Shown here in pieces: positions 59,136 to 64,000 of a stretch of DNA of 64,000 bases; within the stretch, counting starts at the first letter, position 1; each line of letters begins with the position of its first letter. Below the pieces are notes generated by a model. The model worked only from the letters and a program-made list of their open reading frames with translations. It ran no database searches and was not told where the DNA came from. Origin of the DNA: an uncultured Chloroflexia bacterium (lineage in GTDB: Bacteria; Chloroflexota; Limnocylindria; Limnocylindrales; CSP1-4); contig CAWEZH010000003.1 in the NCBI GenBank assembly GCA_963813535.1, forward strand, positions 640,001 to 704,000, in the 5' to 3' direction. The translations under genes and the position numbers were made by a program.

Positions 59136-59570
59136 ATGCCGATGTGGCGGTGTCCGCATTGCGGGACTCCCCAGGCCGAGACGGCGCGGTGCTGGGTGTG
59201 TCGGCGGTCCTCCACCTCCTGCGGCACCTGCCGCCACTACCGACGATCGGTCGCGGGCCAGCTCGGCTACTGCGGCCTCGACGCCCGACGGCAACCGTTG
59301 ACCGGCGAGGAGATCCGGGGCTGCTGGGAAGCCATGCCGGCCGCGCTGCTCCAAGACCCGGTCCCACCCACCATCGGTCCGGCCCGACCGATCGATGACG
59401 TACGGCCGCCGCTGGCGTTCGTCGAGGTCAGCGCGACGGCACCCGTCGCCAGCGCGACGCCAGCGCCGGAAGACGCGAGTGCACTCGGCGCCGAGGATCC
59501 GACCCTCGCCCCCGGCATGCCCGCGGCAAGCGAGCCCGCCTGGAACCTGTGGGGTGACCTCGAGAGCTGA
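59136..59570 (+). CDS. Cys-rich zinc-ribbon hypothetical protein
   Basis: WRCPHC...CWVC...CGTC...YC...CW (8 Cys), disordered tail. Confidence 0.7.
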   Translation: MPMWRCPHCGTPQAETARCWVCRRSSTSCGTCRHYRRSVAGQLGYCGLDARRQPLTGEEIRGCWEAMPAALLQDPVPPTIGPARPIDDVRPPLAFVEVSATAPVASATPAPEDASALGAEDPTLAPGMPAASEPAWNLWGDLES

Positions 59571-61265
59571 TCAGGACGGCGCGGCGGTCGGCTCGGGGGT
59601 CGGTGTCGGCTCAGGTGTCGGTGTCGGGGTCGGCGGAGGCGTGGGCGTCGGCGTCGGTTCGGGGGTGGGAGTCGGCGTCGGTGCGACCGTCGGCGTCGGT
59701 GTCGGCGTGGGTGTCGGCTCCGGTCCCTTCGAGATCACGTAGTCCACGGCGGTGTCCTTCGCGACCACGACCCCAGGTGCCGGCACCTGCGACACGACCA
59801 GGCCGATCGGCACGACCGGGTCGAACGCCTCGGTCTTGACCCCCGGCCTAAGGCCGGCCGTCACGATCTCCTGCACCGCCAGGGCCTCGGTCTTGTTGCG
59901 GAGGTCGGGCATCGGCACCTGTTCGACACCGGACGCGACGGTGACGCGGACGGTCGACCCGGCCGGGACGATCGTCTCGGCGGGTGGCATCTGTGCGGTG
60001 ATGATGCCGACCGGCTGGTCCGACGGCTGCTCGATGACTTCGAGCTTGATCCCCAGGGACTCGGCCTCCTGGGTCGCGTCGGCGAGGAGCTTGCCGACGA
60101 ATTCCGGCACGGCGACCGGCTGCGCGACAGGCGTCGAGGGACCCGAGAGCAACTGGAACACGATGAAGCCGATCCCCGCGAGGAGCAGGATCGCGGCGAT
60201 CCCGGCGGCCCACACGACCGGGCTCGTTCCGGCACCCTCGTCCTCCACGGGCGGGCGGCCCGATCCTGACGGGGGAGGCGCGACGGGCACGTAGCCGGCG
60301 CCGGCGTAGGCATCCTCCGGGTAGGAGGTGACGGTCGGGTTGGACCGGGCCACGCCCGCAGATGCAGCCAGACCGGCCCCCGCGGCCACACTCGCCGCGG
60401 CGCCCGCTCCGACGGCTGCCGCGGGGATGCCGGGCGCAGCGGCCGCGGTTCGGGACGACTCGAGCGCCTCGGCCATCGAGGTCGCCGAGGCGAACCGGTC
60501 GATCGGCAGGGGCGCCAGTGCCTTGCGGGTGATCGCGGCGAGATCGGTCGGCAGCGACGGCCGGACGAGGACCGGGTCGGGCACCGGGCCGCTGAGCCGA
60601 GCCAGCGCGACGCTGGCAGCGCTGTCGCCTTCCCATGGCCGGGTCCCGGTCAGCATCTCGAACAGGACGATGCCGAGCGCGTAGATGTCGGATTCGTTGG
60701 TAGCTGTCTCGCCACGTGCCTGCTCGGGGCTGAAGTAGTGGACCGACCCGAGCGTCGTACCCGGCAGGGTCATCTGCGCCTCGGCGACCGCTCGGGCGAT
60801 GCCGAAGTCGACCACCTTGACCCGACCATCGCGCCCGATCAGCACGTTGCCGGGCTTCACGTCGCGATGCACGATGCCGCGCGCATGGGCCGCGGCCAGG
60901 GCCCGGGCGACCGCCGCCGCGATCCGCGCCGCCTGCGGCGGCGGCAACGAGCCGTTCCGCCGGAGGATGGTCGCGAGGTCCTCGCCGTCGACGAACTCCA
61001 TGACGATGTACGGCCCGTCCGGGTCCTCGCCATAGTCATAGACGCTCACCACGTTGGGGTGGTTCAGGGAGGCCGCGTTCTGCGCCTCCTGTCGGAACCG
61101 CGACGAGAAGTCAGGGTCGCGCAGGTACTCGGGGCGAAGCAGCTTGACGGCGACGTCGCGTCCGAGCTGGGTATCGACCGCCCGGAAGATCGTGGCCATG
61201 CCGCCCTCTCCGAGCAGCTCCACGAGCCGATATCGGCCGCCCAGGATCGTCCCGATCTCCGCCAA
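59571..61265 (-). CDS. pknB: PknB-like Ser/Thr kinase with PASTA domains
   Basis: LGEGGMA, VAVK, HRDVKPGN, DFG, YFSPEQ, TM, two PASTA repeats, Pro-Thr tail; TTG start. Confidence 0.9.
   Translation of the reverse strand: MAEIGTILGGRYRLVELLGEGGMATIFRAVDTQLGRDVAVKLLRPEYLRDPDFSSRFRQEAQNAASLNHPNVVSVYDYGEDPDGPYIVMEFVDGEDLATILRRNGSLPPPQAARIAAAVARALAAAHARGIVHRDVKPGNVLIGRDGRVKVVDFGIARAVAEAQMTLPGTTLGSVHYFSPEQARGETATNESDIYALGIVLFEMLTGTRPWEGDSAASVALARLSGPVPDPVLVRPSLPTDLAAITRKALAPLPIDRFASATSMAEALESSRTAAAAPGIPAAAVGAGAAASVAAGAGLAASAGVARSNPTVTSYPEDAYAGAGYVPVAPPPSGSGRPPVEDEGAGTSPVVWAAGIAAILLLAGIGFIVFQLLSGPSTPVAQPVAVPEFVGKLLADATQEAESLGIKLEVIEQPSDQPVGIITAQMPPAETIVPAGSTVRVTVASGVEQVPMPDLRNKTEALAVQEIVTAGLRPGVKTEAFDPVVPIGLVVSQVPAPGVVVAKDTAVDYVISKGPEPTPTPTPTPTVAPTPTPTPEPTPTPTPPPTPTPTPEPTPTPEPTAAPS
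59585..59725 (-). repeat. Coding Pro-Thr low-complexity repeat
   Basis: Degenerate CCGACN hexamers encoding the PTPTP tail of the kinase. Confidence 0.8.
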
Positions 61266-61373
61266 ACGTGCCCCTCTGACATGGTTCGGCGCGTCGCTGA
61301 CGTCTGCGACGCGCTCGCGCGGCATGGTACCCCATGGCCTCCGGATGGACGCCCATCCGGCGGGCCCGGGCGA

Positions 61374-62252
61374 TCAGAGCTGGAGGCCGGCCAGGTAGCT
61401 CCGGAACTCGCGGGCGAGGTCGGGTCGCTGGAGGGCCAACTCGACCGAGGCCTTCAGCCAGCCCATCGTCGTGCCGGCGTCGTACCGCGTGCCTTCGAAT
61501 TCGTAGGCGTACACGGCCTGCTCCTCCATCATCGCGCCGATCGCGTCGGTGAGCTGGATCTCGCCACCCGCCCCCCGCTGGGTCTGCTCGAGCTTGTCGA
61601 AGATCTTGGGCGTCAGCACGTAGCGACCGATGATCGCGAGGTTGGAGGGAGCATCGGCCGGGTCGGGCTTCTCGACGAGGGCCGTGACACGATGCAACCG
61701 GCCGTGGTCGAGCGGGTCCTCGGACCGCTCGGCGGCGATCACGCCGTAGCGGCTGGTCTCTTCGTTGGGCACCTCCATCACGGCCACGACCGACGCGTGG
61801 GTCTGCTGGTAGGCATGGATGAGCTGCCCGATGCACGGTCGGTCGCCGACCACGACGTCGTCGGGCAGGATCACGGCGAAGGGCTCATGCCCGATCAGGT
61901 CCTTGGCCATCAGGACCGCGTGTCCCAGCCCGAGCTGCTCCTTCTGGCGCACGTAGGCCACCTGGGCCAGGTCGCTGATATGGCGGACCTGGCGGAGCAT
62001 CTCGATGTCGCCCTTCTCCTCGAGGAGGTGCTCGAGCTCATACGACAGGTCGAAGTGGTCCTCGATCGCGCGCTTCTGGCTGGAGGTGACGATGATCACC
62101 TGCTCGATGCCCGCCGCGACGGCCTCTTCGACCGCGTACTGGATGATCGGCTTGTCGACCAGCGGCAGCATCTCCTTGGGCTGCGCCTTGGTCGCGGGCA
62201 GGAAGCGGGTGCCCCAGCCGGCGGCAGGGAATACGGCCTTTCGAACGCGCAT
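61374..62252 (-). CDS. galU: UTP--glucose-1-phosphate uridylyltransferase
   Basis: KAVFPAAGWGTRFLPATKAQPKEMLP, LGLGHAV, VEKP, GEIQLTDA. Confidence 0.96.
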   Translation of the reverse strand: MRVRKAVFPAAGWGTRFLPATKAQPKEMLPLVDKPIIQYAVEEAVAAGIEQVIIVTSSQKRAIEDHFDLSYELEHLLEEKGDIEMLRQVRHISDLAQVAYVRQKEQLGLGHAVLMAKDLIGHEPFAVILPDDVVVGDRPCIGQLIHAYQQTHASVVAVMEVPNEETSRYGVIAAERSEDPLDHGRLHRVTALVEKPDPADAPSNLAIIGRYVLTPKIFDKLEQTQRGAGGEIQLTDAIGAMMEEQAVYAYEFEGTRYDAGTTMGWLKASVELALQRPDLAREFRSYLAGLQL

Positions 62253-62391
62253 GGAACCTCAACGGACGGAGTCTGGTGGGTCGGGGCAGTCTAGCACCGG
62301 ACCCTTTCAGGGCCCTTCGTCGAGACCCTTCACGACGGTGCGGACCGCTGCCGAGAATGCCGCTCGCCGGCGCGTTCTGCGAGGTCCTCGC

Positions 62392-63066
62392 TCACGGCTC
62401 GCGGTCGAGGCCGTGCTGGACAGCAAGGAGCGCGGCCTGGGTCCGGCTGGCCAGCCCGAGTTTGGCGAGGATGTTCGAGACGTGGGTCCTGGCGGTCCGC
62501 TCGGTGATGCCGAGATCGGCCGCGATCTGCCGGTTCGGGAGTCCCTGGGCGACGCGTGTCAGGACGTCGCGCTCGCGAGCGGTCAAGGTCGCGATCCCGT
62601 CGCCATCGCCCGCACCACCGGGGCTCGCTCGCCCGCCATCCCGCATCCGTCGGGCGACGATCCCCGCGACGGCCGGATCGAGATGGACCTCGCCGGCGGC
62701 GGCCGCCCGGATGGCGCCGGCCAGCTCGTCGGCCTCGGCATCCTTGAGCAGGAACCCGGACGCCCCGGCTTCGATCGCGGCGACGACGCGGGCCTCCTCG
62801 ATGAAGCTGGTGAGCGCGATGACCTCGGTGTCCGGGAGGGCGGCCTTGATACGGCTCGTTGCCTCGATGCCGTCGACCACCGGCATCATCAGGTCCATCA
62901 CGACGATGTCCGGCCGGAGTTCACCGGCTCGTTCGATGGCCTCGGCGCCATCGGCGGCCTCGCCGACGATCACGATGTCGTCGTGGAGCTCGAGGAAATC
63001 GCGCATCCCGCGCCGGACCATCGCGTGGTCGTCGACGAGGAGGACCCGGATCGGGGCGTCGGGCAT
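62392..63066 (-). CDS. NarL/LuxR-family response regulator
   Basis: LVDDHAMVR, MDLMMP, LLKD, LTARERDVL, HVSNILAKL. Confidence 0.94.
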   Translation of the reverse strand: MPDAPIRVLLVDDHAMVRRGMRDFLELHDDIVIVGEAADGAEAIERAGELRPDIVVMDLMMPVVDGIEATSRIKAALPDTEVIALTSFIEEARVVAAIEAGASGFLLKDAEADELAGAIRAAAAGEVHLDPAVAGIVARRMRDGGRASPGGAGDGDGIATLTARERDVLTRVAQGLPNRQIAADLGITERTARTHVSNILAKLGLASRTQAALLAVQHGLDREP

Positions 63067-63083
63067 CGAGGGTCTGCCGGTCC

Positions 63084-64000
63084 CTAGGGGCCGCCCGGGA
63101 CGACCGACCGCTCGTCGGCGGCGGTCTCCTCGGCGTCCTCGGAGCGCGACGCCCGCTGGAGCAGCACCGCCGCGCCCAGGATCGCGGCGGCCCCGACGAT
63201 CTGGATGGGGGCCAGCGCCTCGGACAGCAGCCACGCCGCAAGGGCGACACCGACGACCGGCTCGAACAGCATGAGGATGCCTGCCCGGGTCCCGCCGATC
63301 AGGCGGATCCCGGTGAGGAACCCCAACGACGGGATGGCTGCGGCCGCGACCCCTGTGAAGATGAGCAGCGGCAGGACGCTCGGGTCGGTCACGGGCTGGA
63401 GCAGCGTGGCCGGCCCGCCGGCGAGGAGCGCGACAAGGATCGCGCCGATGCACGACACGAGCAGCACCGTCGTCATGGCCTGCTCGGTCGGGACCTCGGG
63501 ATAGCCGTCGCGCGCGAGGAGGACGAAGATCGTCTGGCACACGGCTGCGCCGAGCGCGAGGCCGATCCCGATGGCGTCGAGTCGGATCCCGGCGGCCGGG
63601 TCCAGTTGCGACGCGACGACGGCGATCATCCCCGCGATGGCCAGACCGAGCGCGACGACGCGGGCACGGTCGAGCGGCTCACGTCCGAGCGCGACATTGG
63701 CCACCGCGACGAGCGCCGGATACGTGTAGAACCCAAGGAGCGCGAGCGCGATCGTGATCCGATCGAATGCGATGAACATGCACAGGTTCAGGATCGTGCC
63801 GGCCAGCGCGGCCGCCAGCATCGCCGCCCGTGCGCTCACGCGCAGGTCGCCGAAACGGACAAGGCGGGTGGCACCACGTCGGACGCGCCAGCCGACATAG
63901 GCACCGAGTGCCAAGAAGCCGATGACCGCCCGCCATGCGACGAAGGCCGGCGGCTCCATGCCCGCCTCGTAGGCGAACCTCGACAGCGGACCGAGCATTC
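63084..64000 (-). CDS. DMT/EamA family transporter, 5' end outside window
   Basis: Multi-TM, FYTYP, LFEPV. Confidence 0.88.
   Translation of the reverse strand, partial: MLGPLSRFAYEAGMEPPAFVAWRAVIGFLALGAYVGWRVRRGATRLVRFGDLRVSARAAMLAAALAGTILNLCMFIAFDRITIALALLGFYTYPALVAVANVALGREPLDRARVVALGLAIAGMIAVVASQLDPAAGIRLDAIGIGLALGAAVCQTIFVLLARDGYPEVPTEQAMTTVLLVSCIGAILVALLAGGPATLLQPVTDPSVLPLLIFTGVAAAAIPSLGFLTGIRLIGGTRAGILMLFEPVVGVALAAWLLSEALAPIQIVGAAAILGAAVLLQRASRSEDAEETAADERSVVPGGP

Noticed and set aside
59585-59725. Short periodic repeats (also 40700-40850) as CRISPR or VNTR
   Set aside because: They encode Pro/Thr linkers within genes; no repeat-spacer structure and no cas genes

Overview
GC-rich (~70%) bacterial chromosomal segment. 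Gene content and style suggest Chloroflexota, possibly Limnocylindria; this is an inference and was not checked. Layout: 1-23.9 kb is accessory signalling and redox genes (MoxR/DUF58, TetR-oxidoreductases, two c-di-GMP enzymes, ECF sigma/beta-propeller, EXLDI-ABC); 24.0 kb is tRNA-Thr(CGT) followed by a 3.6-kb integrase-free insert ending in a displaced tRNA 3' half; 27.8-33.8 kb holds three ArsR-SRPBCC pairs; 33.9-64 kb is mostly core-like (Prim-Pol, LigC, isocitrate lyase, rplY, two-component system plus HtrA, folC-folP-folB, PknB-like kinase, galU). Most notable: (1) an apparent light-response operon of fasciclin, an internally deleted heliorhodopsin remnant, a CarH-type B12 photoreceptor with an excisionase-like HTH, and a His-less alpha/beta hydrolase; (2) the minimal tRNA-Thr cassette with matching putative arm sites and a compensatorily different T-arm; (3) an upstream out-of-frame ORF that repeats the first 9 residues of the next gene using synonymous codons; (4) probable CTG starts and many leaderless genes. 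Several single-base frameshifts look like assembly errors. No CRISPR array, rRNA, transposase or integrase was seen. Family names come from motif recognition, not database searches.
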